A stretch of DNA of 55,681 nt from the NCBI GenBank assembly GCA_046484625.1, contig JAWOIO010000240.1, forward strand, positions 1 to 55,681, written 5' to 3'. A program made the position numbers and the translations under genes. Source of the stretch: Acidimicrobiia bacterium. GTDB lineage: Bacteria; Actinomycetota; Acidimicrobiia; IMCC26256; PALSA-555. Below the pieces are notes generated by a model. That model did not search any database, was not told the DNA's origin, and saw only the letters and a list, made by a program, of their open reading frames with translations. Shown here piece after piece: positions 40,987-49,629 of this stretch (positions are counted from its first letter, which is position 1; each line of letters opens with the position of its first letter).

Positions 40987-41823
40987 GTGACCGCACCGAT
41001 GGACGACCGCCAGAAGCGAGCCGTGATCGCCGTCGTCGCGATCTTCGCGGGTGGGATCGCACTCATCGTGCTCCTGATCGTCCTGGCGAGCGGCGGTGAC
41101 GACACCAAGCGGGTCAACACGGCGTCGGATCGCACCACGACCACCTCGTCCACGGTCGCGACGACGACCACGCTGCCGCCGACCACGACGACGTTCGCTC
41201 CGCTCACTGTCCCGCCCCCACCACCGACCGCCGCTCCGCCGACCGTCGTCGTGATCCCGCCCACGAGCCCGCCCACGAGCCCGCCCACGAGCCCGCCCAC
41301 GACCGCGCCCACGACCACCACCACGAGCCCGAGCCCGTCGAAGCAGCTCGCCGCCGCGATCGAGACCGCCCTCAACGGCGGCGTCCCACCGGGCCCCGAC
41401 GATCCCACGCGGGTCAAGGTCACCGTCCCGGCCAACCCCGACAACCCCGACAAGACGATCGAGGTCGACTGGGACCTCCCGGCCGACTTCCCGTTGGACC
41501 CGGCCAAGTGGACCGACGACCAGTTCGCCCAGGTACGGCAGGAGGCGTTGACGATCCTCGCCACCGTCCGGGATGCCAACCTGCCCGGGGAGCAGGAGAT
41601 CAAGGTCCGCGGGTTCGTCCGCGACCCCAAGGACGAGGACCTGACCCTGCGGATCGTCCGGATCGTCTACGCCCGCGCCACGATCGGCGACCCCGCCACG
41701 TTCCCCACCTTCGAGAATGTGTTCGACGTGCCGCCGGCGATCACGGCCGACGTGGACCCGGCCTACGTGCCGCCCGCGCCGCCGACGACCACATCGTCAT
41801 CCACGACCAGCACGACGACCTGA
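40987..41823 (+). CDS. Hypothetical membrane-anchored Pro/Thr-rich surface protein
   Basis: One TM helix (VIAVVAIFAGGIALIVLLIVLA), a long T/P-rich stalk, a globular C-terminal domain of about 140 aa that I do not recognise, and a Thr/Ser tail. GGAGAGAGAGG lies upstream. Confidence 0.75.
   Translation: MTAPMDDRQKRAVIAVVAIFAGGIALIVLLIVLASGGDDTKRVNTASDRTTTTSSTVATTTTLPPTTTTFAPLTVPPPPPTAAPPTVVVIPPTSPPTSPPTSPPTTAPTTTTTSPSPSKQLAAAIETALNGGVPPGPDDPTRVKVTVPANPDNPDKTIEVDWDLPADFPLDPAKWTDDQFAQVRQEALTILATVRDANLPGEQEIKVRGFVRDPKDEDLTLRIVRIVYARATIGDPATFPTFENVFDVPPAITADVDPAYVPPAPPTTTSSSTTSTTT
41257..41302 (+). repeat. In-frame 12-bp tandem repeat encoding (PPTS)n
   Basis: CCGCCCACGAGC three times plus a 10-bp partial copy. 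Confidence 0.85.
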
Positions 41824-41836
41824 CCCCTCTCGGGGC

Positions 41837-41883
41837 TTCTCGGCACGCTGGTTGTTGCCAGCCAACACTGAGCGTGCCGAGAA
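41837..41883. terminator. Long inverted repeat between convergent genes (bidirectional terminator or REP-like element)
   Basis: TTCTCGGCACGCT...AGCGTGCCGAGAA is a 13-bp perfect stem, with inner TGTTG/CAACA pairing. Confidence 0.65.
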
Positions 41884-41910
41884 CGCTCGGGCGGCCACGC
41901 TGCGCCCCGC

Positions 41911-43029
41911 TCAGCTCCCGATGAGGCGGGGCTCGGCGACCGCGAACTCGGGCCATCGCTTGCGGGACTTCGCCGACAGCTTGTGGAGCAGCTCAATGGC
42001 GCCGGGGTCGTCGTCGCCGGGGCGGGTCTCGATCCAGCCGTCGCGCAGCATCGCGTCCATGAGGTCGCGGCCGATATCGGTGCGCACGATCGTCAGGGTC
42101 CAGTCGTTGAAGGCTCCGATCCCTCCCGTCGAGATGTCGGCGTGCTCGGCCGCGAAGTCCGGGCACATCTTGCAGCCCTCGCGCGTCCAGGCGTGGCACT
42201 CCTTCAGCGGGATCTCGTGGTATGAGTCGTCGTGCAACCAGATCTGGAGCCGACCCTTGATGTTCATCTTCTTGATGTCGGCCCGGGCCAGGCCGTACTT
42301 CGCCTCGATGAGCTCGTCGAAGATCGCGTCGTCGAAGGTCTTCGAGCAGAGCAGCCCGATGTTGAGGCTCAGGCGGCGGCCGACCTTGCCGACCCGGCGC
42401 TGCCGCATGATCGCCGGCGACGACGACTGGCAGCTCATCCCGACGAGCGCGATGCGCTCGGCTCCGCCCTCGACGGCATCGGCGTACGCCAGCGTGTTGG
42501 CGGAGTAGGTGTAGCGGCTGCCGGCTGAGGCGATGATGTCGTCCTTGGTGCGCGCAACACCCGGGACGGCCTTCCACGTCGAGCCGTCCCCCTCGAGGTA
42601 GGAGACGAGCGCCGCGTCGATGATGTCGTGCTCGATCGCATACAGCAGCAGGGCCGAGACCAGCCCGCCGTCCTGTCCCACCTCGTGCAGCACGGGGTCG
42701 GTGGCGCGGGCCAGGACGATGTCCTTGGAGATGCCGGAGACCTCCTCGGGGGCACGGACCCGACCGAAGAGGAACTCGTCGGCCTCGGACTCCCACGACC
42801 GGAACCGCGGGCACGCGCGGGTGCACGTGGTGCAGCCCTTCTGCCCGTGCGAGCAGTCGTCGGGCCCGAAGCCCTCCTCGGTCTGGAAGGGCTTGTAGAT
42901 GCCCTGGTCGTCGCGGTAGCCGAGCACGTCGTGCGGGCAGACGATGACGCATCCCGCGCAGCCGGTGCACAGGCCGGTGGTGACGACCTCGTCGTACAGG
43001 TGGCTCCATTGGAACTTCTCGGGGGGCAT
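41911..43029 (-). CDS. Coenzyme F420 hydrogenase/dehydrogenase beta-subunit family Fe-S flavoprotein (FrhB/FdhB/FpoF-like)
   Basis: Ferredoxin motifs CTGCAGCVIVCP and C...CTTCTRACP, followed by FrhB-like GQDGGLVSALL, AGSRYTY, VGMSCQ, IGLLCSKTF, GCKMCPDFAAEHADISTG, WTLTIVRT. Confidence 0.88.
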   Translation of the reverse strand: MPPEKFQWSHLYDEVVTTGLCTGCAGCVIVCPHDVLGYRDDQGIYKPFQTEEGFGPDDCSHGQKGCTTCTRACPRFRSWESEADEFLFGRVRAPEEVSGISKDIVLARATDPVLHEVGQDGGLVSALLLYAIEHDIIDAALVSYLEGDGSTWKAVPGVARTKDDIIASAGSRYTYSANTLAYADAVEGGAERIALVGMSCQSSSPAIMRQRRVGKVGRRLSLNIGLLCSKTFDDAIFDELIEAKYGLARADIKKMNIKGRLQIWLHDDSYHEIPLKECHAWTREGCKMCPDFAAEHADISTGGIGAFNDWTLTIVRTDIGRDLMDAMLRDGWIETRPGDDDPGAIELLHKLSAKSRKRWPEFAVAEPRLIGS

Positions 43030-43065
43030 GGTCGCAGTCTGCCATGTGCTCCGTAGGCTTGGCCC

Positions 43066-43755
43066 ATGACCGCGTGGCGACCCAACACCCGACTCGTCGG
43101 GCTGCTCACGCTGCTGCTCCCGGCCGCGGCGGTCGTGGCGATGGTGCGGGCCGTCGCGTTCGCGCAGCGCCTCGTCGCCTTGGGCTCGTCCGACGGGGCC
43201 GACTTCCGGGCCCGGGCTCGTGACGCCGACGAGTTCGTTGCCTCGACCGACCTCGCCCTGGGACTGACGGTGCTCGTCGTGGCCCCGGTCTTCGTGACCT
43301 GGATGTGGCGTGCGGCCAAGAACCAGCAGGCGCTCGGCCGGGCGCCCGAGCGGCTGGGTCCCGGCTGGGCGATCGGCGGCTGGTTCATCCCCCTCGCGAA
43401 CCTCGTGATCCCCGTGCTCATCGTCCAGGACCTCTGGCGGGGGAGCTCGGTCTCGATCGCGCGCGGTGACCCGCGTTGGCGGATCGCCGATCGGTCGTGG
43501 CTCGTCGGAGGATGGTGGGGGCTGTTCCTCGGGGCGCTGCTCGCGATCTCGGGTGAACCGGCCGACTCGCCCGGTCTGCGCCTCGCATTCCTCGAGCAGC
43601 GCAATGCACTGGCGCTCATCGGCTCGCTCGCGTGCGCCACCGCGGCGGTGCTCGGGCTCCTCGTCGTGCGCGAGCTGAGCCGTCGCCAGGAGGAGTGCCG
43701 CCGCGTGCAGGAGGTCGCCGCCCCCGCGACGGCCGCCGGCGTGCCGGCGTCCTAG
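43066..43755 (+). CDS. DUF4328-like membrane protein
   Basis: Contains FVTWMWRAAKN...GWAIGGWFIPLANLVIP...QDLWR...WW. Confidence 0.75.
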   Translation: MTAWRPNTRLVGLLTLLLPAAAVVAMVRAVAFAQRLVALGSSDGADFRARARDADEFVASTDLALGLTVLVVAPVFVTWMWRAAKNQQALGRAPERLGPGWAIGGWFIPLANLVIPVLIVQDLWRGSSVSIARGDPRWRIADRSWLVGGWWGLFLGALLAISGEPADSPGLRLAFLEQRNALALIGSLACATAAVLGLLVVRELSRRQEECRRVQEVAAPATAAGVPAS

Positions 43756-43791
43756 ATGCGGAGGAGCCGCTCTAGACGCGGAGGAGCCGCT
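43752..43791. repeat. 20-bp tandem duplication of the csoR 3' end
   Basis: CTAGATGCGGAGGAGCCGCT followed by CTAGACGCGGAGGAGCCGCT (1 mismatch). Confidence 0.85.
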
Positions 43792-44059
43792 CCACCGCCT
43801 GCACTGCTTCGTGCACCTTCGCGTCGCCGACGGCCGGGTCCTCGCCGGCGGCGTCGCGCACGCAGTGGCGCACGTGCTCGTCGAGCAGGCCCAGCCCCAC
43901 GCCCTGCAGCGCCTTGGTCACGGCCGCGATCTGGGTGAGGACGTCGATGCAGTACTCGTCGTCCTCGATCATCCGCTGGAGTCCCCGGACCTGGCCCTCG
44001 ATTCGCCGCAGGCGCGTGCCGTAGTGGTCCTTGGTGAGCGTGTAACCCCTGGTCGTCAT
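43772..44059 (-). CDS. csoR: CsoR/RicR-family copper-sensing repressor
   Basis: Contains [31 protein letters not shown]...[10 protein letters not shown] with the Cys/His/Cys Cu(I) ligands. It is divergent from the Cu-ATPase gene. Confidence 0.9.
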   Translation of the reverse strand: MTTRGYTLTKDHYGTRLRRIEGQVRGLQRMIEDDEYCIDVLTQIAAVTKALQGVGLGLLDEHVRHCVRDAAGEDPAVGDAKVHEAVQAVERLLRV

Positions 44060-44103
44060 CAGCCCTCCGCAGGTGCCGTCGCTTCCCGTGGCCGCGGTTG
44101 CAC

Positions 44104-44122
44104 TATACCCTGGGGGGGTATA
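44104..44122. promoter_or_regulatory. CsoR operator
   Basis: TATACCCTGGGGGGGTATA is the TAC-C/G-tract-GTA palindrome characteristic of CsoR. It is flanked by TTGCAC/GTGCAA and lies between csoR and copA. Confidence 0.85.
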
Positions 44123-44154
44123 TGGTGCAAACCAGGAAGAGAGGAGCCGCCTTC

Positions 44155-46368
44155 ATGACCTCCACCGTGCAGACCGACGACCTCGAGCGCTGCGACCTCC
44201 CCATCGACGGCATGACCTGCGCCTCCTGCGCGGCGCGGATCGAGAAGGCGCTCGGGGCCCAGGCCGGCGTGCGCAATGCATCCGTGAACTACGCCGCGAA
44301 GCGTGCGACCGTCACCTACGACCCCCACGCGCTCCACCGCAGCGACCTCACCCGTACCGTGACCGACCTCGGGTACGGCGTACCGGAGACAGTCGAGCCC
44401 GACCCAGAAGGCGCGGAGCTCCGTGAGCTCACGCCGCGGCTGCTGGTGTCCATCGCGCTCTCGATCCCACTCCTCCTGCTCTCGATGCTGTCCGCGCTCC
44501 AGTTCGACGGCTGGCAGTGGGTGGCGCTCGTGCTCGCGACACCCGTCATCCTGTGGGGTGGGTGGCCCTTCCACCGCGCCACCCTCGTCAACCTGCGGCA
44601 CCGCGCCACGACCATGGACACGCTCGTCTCGATCGGGACGCTCGCGGCGTGGGCGTGGTCGGTCGTCGCCCTGGTCTTCCTCGGCGCGGCGGAGCACGGG
44701 GGCGGGATGTCGATGGGAGCGCTCTTCTCGGGCGACGGCGAGGTCCACGTCTACTTCGAGACCGGGGCGGCGATCGTCACCCTCCTCCTCCTGGGGCGCT
44801 TCTTCGAGGCCCGGGCCCGGGGCCGCTCGAGCCACGCGCTCCGGGCGCTCCTCGAGCTGGGCGCGAAGACCGCCCGGCTCGAGAACGGCGACGAGGTTCC
44901 GACGGCCAGTCTGGTGGCCGGCGACCGGTTTGTCGTCCGGCCGGGGGAGCGCATCGCTACCGACGGCACCGTCGTCGACGGCGCGTCCGCGGTCGACGTC
45001 TCGATGCTCACCGGGGAGCCCGTACCCGTCGACGTGGCTCCCGGCGACGAGGTCTTCGGTGCGACCGTCAACACGTCCGGTCGGCTGGTGGTCGAGGCGA
45101 CCAAGGTGGGGAGCGAGACCGCGCTCGCGCAGATCGCCCGCCTCGTGGAGGAGGCGCAGGGCTCGAAGGCGCCCGTGCAGCGGCTCGCCGACCGGATCTC
45201 CGGCGTGTTCGTGCCGGTGGTCCTGGTGATCGCGGCGGTCACCCTCGCGGTCTGGCTCGCGGCGACGGGCGAGGTCGACCGCGCGTTCACGGCTGCCGTC
45301 GCGGTCCTGATCATCGCGTGCCCGTGCGCCCTGGGCCTGGCGACCCCGACCGCGATCATGGTGGGCACCGGGCGCGGCGCCCAGCTCGGCATCGTGATCA
45401 AGGGTGGGGAGGTCCTCGAGGCGACCCGCCGGGTCGGCGCGGCGGTCCTCGACAAGACGGGCACCCTCACCGAGGGTCGGATGCGACTGGTGGACGTGGT
45501 CGCGACGCCGGGCGTCGACACCGACGTGCTGCTCGCCCGGGCCGGGTCCGTCGAAGACGCCTCGGAGCACCCGATCGCGCGGGCGCTGGCAACCGGCGCG
45601 CGTGATCGGGGGTCGAGCCTCGAGGTCCCGAGCGGCTTCGTCAACGAGCCGGGCGTCGGCGCGCGCGGCACGGTCGACGCGGTCGAGGTGCTCGTCGGAC
45701 GCCCGGAGTTCGTCGGCGACGTCCCCCCCGAGCTGGATGCCTCTCTCCGGGAGCACCGAGAGAGCGGCCACACCATCGTCTTCGCGGGGTGGGAGGGCCG
45801 CGCCCGCGGCGCGTTCGTCGTGTCGGACACGCTCAAGGCGGGCTCGGTCGAAGCTGTCGCGGCTCTGCACGAGCTCGGGATCGAGACCGTGCTGGTCACC
45901 GGCGACCGCCAGGACGCCGCCGACGCGATCGCGCGGGCCGTCGGCATCGACCGTGTCATCGCGGAGGCGCGACCCGGCGGGAAGGTGGACATCGTCCGCG
46001 AGCTCCAGCAGCAGGGGAAGAGCGTGGCCGTCGTCGGCGACGGCGTGAACGACGCGCCGGCGCTGGCGCAGTCCGACCTCGGCATCGCGATCGGGACCGG
46101 CACCGACGTCGCGATCGAGGCGAGCGACCTGACGCTCGTGTCGGGCGACCTCCGTGCCGCGGCCGACGCGATCGCACTCTCGCGCCGGACGCTCGCAACG
46201 ATCAAGGCGAACCTCTTCTGGGCGTTCGCCTACAACGTGGCCGCCATCCCGCTCGCCGCCGTGGGGCTGCTCAACCCGGTGATCGCCGCCGCGGCCATGG
46301 GGTTCTCCTCGGTGTTCGTGGTCACGAACTCGCTGCGTCTCCGCCGCTTCGCGGGGTACCGGGCCTGA
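44155..46368 (+). CDS. copA: Copper-translocating P1B-type ATPase
   Basis: HMA motif [47 protein letters not shown]...IP and AM..SS (P1B-1 signature). GAGGAG SD. Confidence 0.93.
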   Translation: MTSTVQTDDLERCDLPIDGMTCASCAARIEKALGAQAGVRNASVNYAAKRATVTYDPHALHRSDLTRTVTDLGYGVPETVEPDPEGAELRELTPRLLVSIALSIPLLLLSMLSALQFDGWQWVALVLATPVILWGGWPFHRATLVNLRHRATTMDTLVSIGTLAAWAWSVVALVFLGAAEHGGGMSMGALFSGDGEVHVYFETGAAIVTLLLLGRFFEARARGRSSHALRALLELGAKTARLENGDEVPTASLVAGDRFVVRPGERIATDGTVVDGASAVDVSMLTGEPVPVDVAPGDEVFGATVNTSGRLVVEATKVGSETALAQIARLVEEAQGSKAPVQRLADRISGVFVPVVLVIAAVTLAVWLAATGEVDRAFTAAVAVLIIACPCALGLATPTAIMVGTGRGAQLGIVIKGGEVLEATRRVGAAVLDKTGTLTEGRMRLVDVVATPGVDTDVLLARAGSVEDASEHPIARALATGARDRGSSLEVPSGFVNEPGVGARGTVDAVEVLVGRPEFVGDVPPELDASLREHRESGHTIVFAGWEGRARGAFVVSDTLKAGSVEAVAALHELGIETVLVTGDRQDAADAIARAVGIDRVIAEARPGGKVDIVRELQQQGKSVAVVGDGVNDAPALAQSDLGIAIGTGTDVAIEASDLTLVSGDLRAAADAIALSRRTLATIKANLFWAFAYNVAAIPLAAVGLLNPVIAAAAMGFSSVFVVTNSLRLRRFAGYRA

Positions 46369-46846
46369 GCCAGGCGTCGAGCAGCACGGCCTCCGCCGCT
46401 GCGTGCTCGCGCAACCCCGACACGATCGCACCCTCGACCTTGCCTCCGACGAGCAGCATCCGCACCTTCACCGACCCTCGGAGGGTCCGATGGGTACCGG
46501 TGCCCGACGCCGCGAGCTCCGACGAGTAGCCGCAGGACAGCCGGTCGGCGTAGTGGTCGGGCTCGATGCGGTGCTCGGCCCGCAGCCCGACGAGATCGAA
46601 GGACGCGACGTCGACCCAGGTCAGCCGGGCCGGGTCCACCACCGCGGTGACGGCCGGCGCGAGCGACCCCGTGAACCGCAGCCGCACCCGAAGTCGGGCG
46701 GTGGTGGCATCACGCTGACGCTCGAGGAGCTCCGCGTCACCGAGCTTCGGGAGCTGGGCACTTGCCGCGACGAACTCGGGGTCGAGCAACGCGTCCTGCA
46801 CGCGCGCGGGCGGACCGACGAGGCGCTGCTCGATCACGAAGTCCAT
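46322..46846 (-). CDS. DUF2505 family (SRPBCC/START-like) protein
   Basis: Contains MDFVIEQRL...V..ALLDPEF...LTWVD...[25 protein letters not shown]. Its 3' end overlaps the copA 3' end by 47 nt. Confidence 0.7.
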   Translation of the reverse strand: MDFVIEQRLVGPPARVQDALLDPEFVAASAQLPKLGDAELLERQRDATTARLRVRLRFTGSLAPAVTAVVDPARLTWVDVASFDLVGLRAEHRIEPDHYADRLSCGYSSELAASGTGTHRTLRGSVKVRMLLVGGKVEGAIVSGLREHAAAEAVLLDAWLRPGTPRSGGDAASS

Positions 46847-46919
46847 TGCCGGAGGCTAGAGCCCACCACGTACGCTGGTCGTCCGAACCGAGCGCGAGGG
46901 ACCCGACGAGGCGGTACCG

Positions 46920-47795
46920 GTGGCGAAGATCAGCACCATCCTGGACCGCGGACCTGCGGTGTCGTTCGAGTTCTTCCCGCCGCGGACCGAGGAAGCCGAG
47001 AAGGTGCTGGCGCAGACGCTCCACGACCTGGAGCCGCTCGCCCCGTCGTTCGTGTCGGTGACCTATGGCGCCGGGGGCACCACGCGCGAGCGCACGCACG
47101 ACCTCGTGGTCCAGATCAACCGCGAGACCTCGATGACCGCCATGGCGCACCTCACCTGTGCCGCGCACACGCGCCCGGAGCTCGAGGGGATCGTCGACCG
47201 GTACCGCGACGCCGGCGTCGAGAACATCCTCGCCCTCGGAGGCGATCCGCCGGCCGAGCTCGGGCTCCCCGAGGGTGAGCTCCGTCATGCGATCGACCTG
47301 GTCCGGCTGGCACGGGAACGGGAGTTCACCTCGATCGGGGTCGCCGTGCACCCCGAACCGCATCCGGCGTCGCCGTCGGTCGCCTCCGACCGCGCCCACA
47401 GCGCCGAGAAGCTCGCCGAGGCCGACTTCGCGATCACCCAGTTCTTCTTCGATGCCCATCACTATTTCGACCTCGTCGAGGCCCTGCGCGCCCGCGGCGT
47501 CGACCGGCCCGTGATCCCGGGGATCATGCCGGTGCTGAGCATCGCCGGGACGAAGCGGATGGCCGAGATGCAGGGCTCGGAGTTCCCCGAGTGGTTCATG
47601 GCGAAGCTGCGGGCGGTCGAGGACGACCCGGCCGAGGTCCGCCGGATCGGGATCGCTGAGTCCACGAAGCTGTGCCGCGTGCTGCTCGACGGCGGGGCGC
47701 CCGGGCTCCACTTCTTCACGCTCAACCGGTCGACGGCCACCCGCGAGATCTACGAGAACCTGGGCCTCGACCGGACGCGCGCGCCGAAGGCGTGA
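46920..47795 (+). CDS. metF: 5,10-methylenetetrahydrofolate reductase
   Basis: Motifs SFEFFPPRT, FVSVTYGAGG, AHLTC, NILALGGDPP, AITQFFFD, PGIMP, GLHFFTLN. Confidence 0.93.
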   Translation: MAKISTILDRGPAVSFEFFPPRTEEAEKVLAQTLHDLEPLAPSFVSVTYGAGGTTRERTHDLVVQINRETSMTAMAHLTCAAHTRPELEGIVDRYRDAGVENILALGGDPPAELGLPEGELRHAIDLVRLAREREFTSIGVAVHPEPHPASPSVASDRAHSAEKLAEADFAITQFFFDAHHYFDLVEALRARGVDRPVIPGIMPVLSIAGTKRMAEMQGSEFPEWFMAKLRAVEDDPAEVRRIGIAESTKLCRVLLDGGAPGLHFFTLNRSTATREIYENLGLDRTRAPKA

Positions 47796-47818
47796 TCGCT
47801 CCGCCTCGTTCGGGCCGC

Positions 47819-48448
47819 CTACTTCAGGCCCTTCCGGAGCCGCTCGATGGAGGTGATCGCGAGGTCCGCGGTCTCGGGCAACGACGCACCGAGGTTCAAC
47901 GTCGTGATGCCCGTGACACCGCGCCCGACCCGGAAGGCCACGGCCTGGAGTGCGAGCACCTCGCCGTCGGGCGAGGTGACGTCGACCTGGTAGCCGACGC
48001 CGTCGTCGGCGGGACCGCCGGTGACGTCGAGCAGCCCGGTGTCGACGACCGATCCGGGCTGGTCGGCGACCGCCTCCTCGAGGCCGGCCTGGAGGCACGC
48101 CCCTGCGGAGTCGTCCTGGAAGACGGCGAGGTAGGCCTTGGCCTGCTTGACGCTCGGGAACACGTAGACCGAGTTGCTGAGGAAGGACTCCGCGGTCGAG
48201 AACTCGGGCGACTGGAACTCGTACTTCTTCGAGCGCTTGTCGATCGCGTCGATGTCCGCGCACTCCGGCAGGCCGCTGGGATCGTCGTCGCCCTTCGCGG
48301 CCGTCCAGTCCCCCTCGAGGTCGGCGAGCTTGATCGACGCCGCCTTGGCGATCTGCTTGTCGGTCTTCGCGAGGGCCGGTCCGGCGACGGCGCCGACCGC
48401 GAGCAGTGCCGTGACGAGCACGACGGTCGAGCGGCGGATGATGGACAC
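47819..48448 (-). CDS. Secreted hypothetical protein
   Basis: Signal peptide (MSIIRRSTVVLVTALLAVGAVAGPALA), two Cys residues and GC3-rich codons. It loosely resembles PknH-like/PsbP-fold extracellular domains. Confidence 0.7.
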   Translation of the reverse strand: MSIIRRSTVVLVTALLAVGAVAGPALAKTDKQIAKAASIKLADLEGDWTAAKGDDDPSGLPECADIDAIDKRSKKYEFQSPEFSTAESFLSNSVYVFPSVKQAKAYLAVFQDDSAGACLQAGLEEAVADQPGSVVDTGLLDVTGGPADDGVGYQVDVTSPDGEVLALQAVAFRVGRGVTGITTLNLGASLPETADLAITSIERLRKGLK

Positions 48449-48486
48449 GGTGCCTCCCGGGGCGGTGGTGGGCGTGGGGGGTCGAG

Positions 48487-48574
48487 TGGCGGAGGGAGTG
48501 GGATTTGAACCCACGGTGCCCGGAGGCACAATGGTTTTCGAGACCATCCGATTCGGCCGCTCTCGCATCCCTCC
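48487..48574 (-). tRNA. tRNA-Ser(CGA)
   Basis: GGAGGGATGCGAGAGCGGCCGAATCGG-ATGGT-CT-CGA-AA-ACCAT, long variable arm, GTGGGTTCAAATCCCAC, TCCCTCC-G-CCA. TAGGAT -10 element 7 nt upstream. Confidence 0.96.
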
Positions 48575-48622
48575 GGGGACGATCCTAGGTGAGCCGGCGT
48601 CCACGGCCTCCAGCGGTGGGCC

Positions 48623-49123
48623 TCAGCGTGTCCGCCGGCCGCGGAAGAATCCCGCCAGCTGCTCGGCGCACTCCTGCGCGCGGACGCCGTGGTGGACCGG
48701 GAACTCGTGGTTGAGCCGGGGGTCGACCGCGAGGTTGTAGAGGCTCCCGAGCGCACCCGCCTTCGGGTCGGCGGCGCCGAACGCGACGAGCCCGATGCGC
48801 GCCGACACGGCGGCTCCGGCACACATCGGACAGGGTTCGAGCGTGACCACCAGCGCACAGTCGTCGAGTCGCCACGACCCGACCGACTCGGCGGCGCGTC
48901 GCAGCGCGAGCACCTCGGCGTGCGCGGTCGGGTCCGCCGCGTGCTCCCGCTCGTTGTGGGCGCGGGCGACGACCGAGCCGTCGGAGAGCCGCGCGACGAC
49001 GGCCCCGACCGGGACATCGCCGCCGGCTGCGGCGAGCGCGGCCTCTTCGAGCGCGATGCCCATCAGCGCGGGCAGGGCCGCGACGAGGGCGGGGTGCGCC
49101 GGGTCGGGCGGCGAGGCGGACAT
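48623..49123 (-). CDS. tadA: tRNA-specific adenosine deaminase
   Basis: Motifs DVPVGAVV, N.RE...DPTAHAE, VTLEPCPMCAGA, FGAADPKAGA, DPRLNH. The start may be ATG 49063. Confidence 0.92.
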   Translation of the reverse strand: MSASPPDPAHPALVAALPALMGIALEEAALAAAGGDVPVGAVVARLSDGSVVARAHNEREHAADPTAHAEVLALRRAAESVGSWRLDDCALVVTLEPCPMCAGAAVSARIGLVAFGAADPKAGALGSLYNLAVDPRLNHEFPVHHGVRAQECAEQLAGFFRGRRTR

Positions 49124-49140
49124 GGGGACTCCCGTGCGGG

Positions 49141-49228
49141 TGGCGGAGGGAGTGGGATTCGAACCCACGGTGAGTTGCCCCACACACGCTTTCCAAGCGT
49201 GCCGATTCGGCCGCTCTCGCATCCCTCC
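49141..49228 (-). tRNA. tRNA-Ser(GGA)
   Basis: GGAGGGATGCGAGAGCGGCCGAATCGG-CACGC-TT-GGA-AA-GCGTG, long variable arm, GTGGGTTCGAATCCCAC, TCCCTCC-G-CCA. Confidence 0.96.
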
Positions 49229-49238
49229 GGAGACCGGC

Positions 49239-49289
49239 GATCGTACCGGGGGCGTGGCACGGGACCCGAGCGGAGCAGCCGGTACGATC
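49239..49289. promoter_or_regulatory. Back-to-back promoters for tRNA-Ser(GGA) and ffs
   Basis: GATCGTACCGG (49239-49249) and CCGGTACGATC (49279-49289) form an inverted repeat. Each half carries a TACGAT -10 element facing its RNA gene. Confidence 0.6.
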
Positions 49290-49297
49290 CCGGGTGC

Positions 49298-49568
49298 GGA
49301 CCGTGCTAGGTGGGGAGCTCGTGGTGCCCTGCACCCTCAATCCACGTACGAGGGGCTGAACTCCCACCCGAGGCTCGGATCGCCGCCCACTCGGCCCCGT
49401 CCCGGTGCTGACGGTCGGGTCCTGCGCAACGAAGCCCCGCGAACCGAGTCAGGTCCGGAAGGAAGCAGCTCTCAGCGGACCGCTCCGTGTGCCGCAGGTC
49501 CACCTGACCCGAGCCGGGACAGGTCTCCGACGGGTGGCGTCTCCAGGTCGACGGTGGGTGCACGGTCC
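49298..49568 (+). ncRNA. ffs: Signal recognition particle RNA, large (Alu-domain-containing) type
   Basis: Helix-8 motif GTCAGGTCCGGAAGGAAGCAGC at about 49448-49469. The 5' Alu-like domain CCGTGCTAGGTGGGGAG..GGTGCCCTG.ACC..CAATCC....GGGCTGAACTCCC resembles B. subtilis scRNA. The ends pair (GGGTGCGGACCGTGC/GCACGGTCCGCACCC), and the gene sits directly upstream of dnaX. Confidence 0.92.
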
Positions 49569-49629
49569 GCACCCCGACGTCTGCGGGCCTGCCGGCCCGC
49601 TGTCGGCTGAACGGTTGGTACGGTCGGGC

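Noticed and set aside
41911-43029. Evidence of methanogenesis, a hydrogenase or chlorophyll metabolism
   Set aside because: There are no frhA/frhG, fdhA or bch/chl genes in the window, and FrhB-family domains occur independently of those pathways.
46322-46368. 47-nt convergent overlap of copA and the DUF2505 gene as antisense regulation
   Set aside because: Short 3' overlaps are common in GC-rich genomes because stop codons are scarce, and there is no other supporting signal.
48449-48604. ORF-track N-terminal extensions running through RNA genes (47819..48604, 48623..49222, 49405..51576)
   Set aside because: They read through the tRNA or SRP RNA genes. Downstream starts match the protein family N-termini.
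47819-49228. Genomic island or prophage integrated at tRNA-Ser
   Set aside because: I found no integrase and no partial tRNA 3' duplication elsewhere in the window. Both copies are complete tRNAs with different anticodons.
48487-49228. Selenocysteine or suppressor tRNA (long variable arm)
   Set aside because: The anticodons are CGA and GGA with 7-bp acceptor stems and a G discriminator, so these are ordinary class II tRNA-Ser genes.
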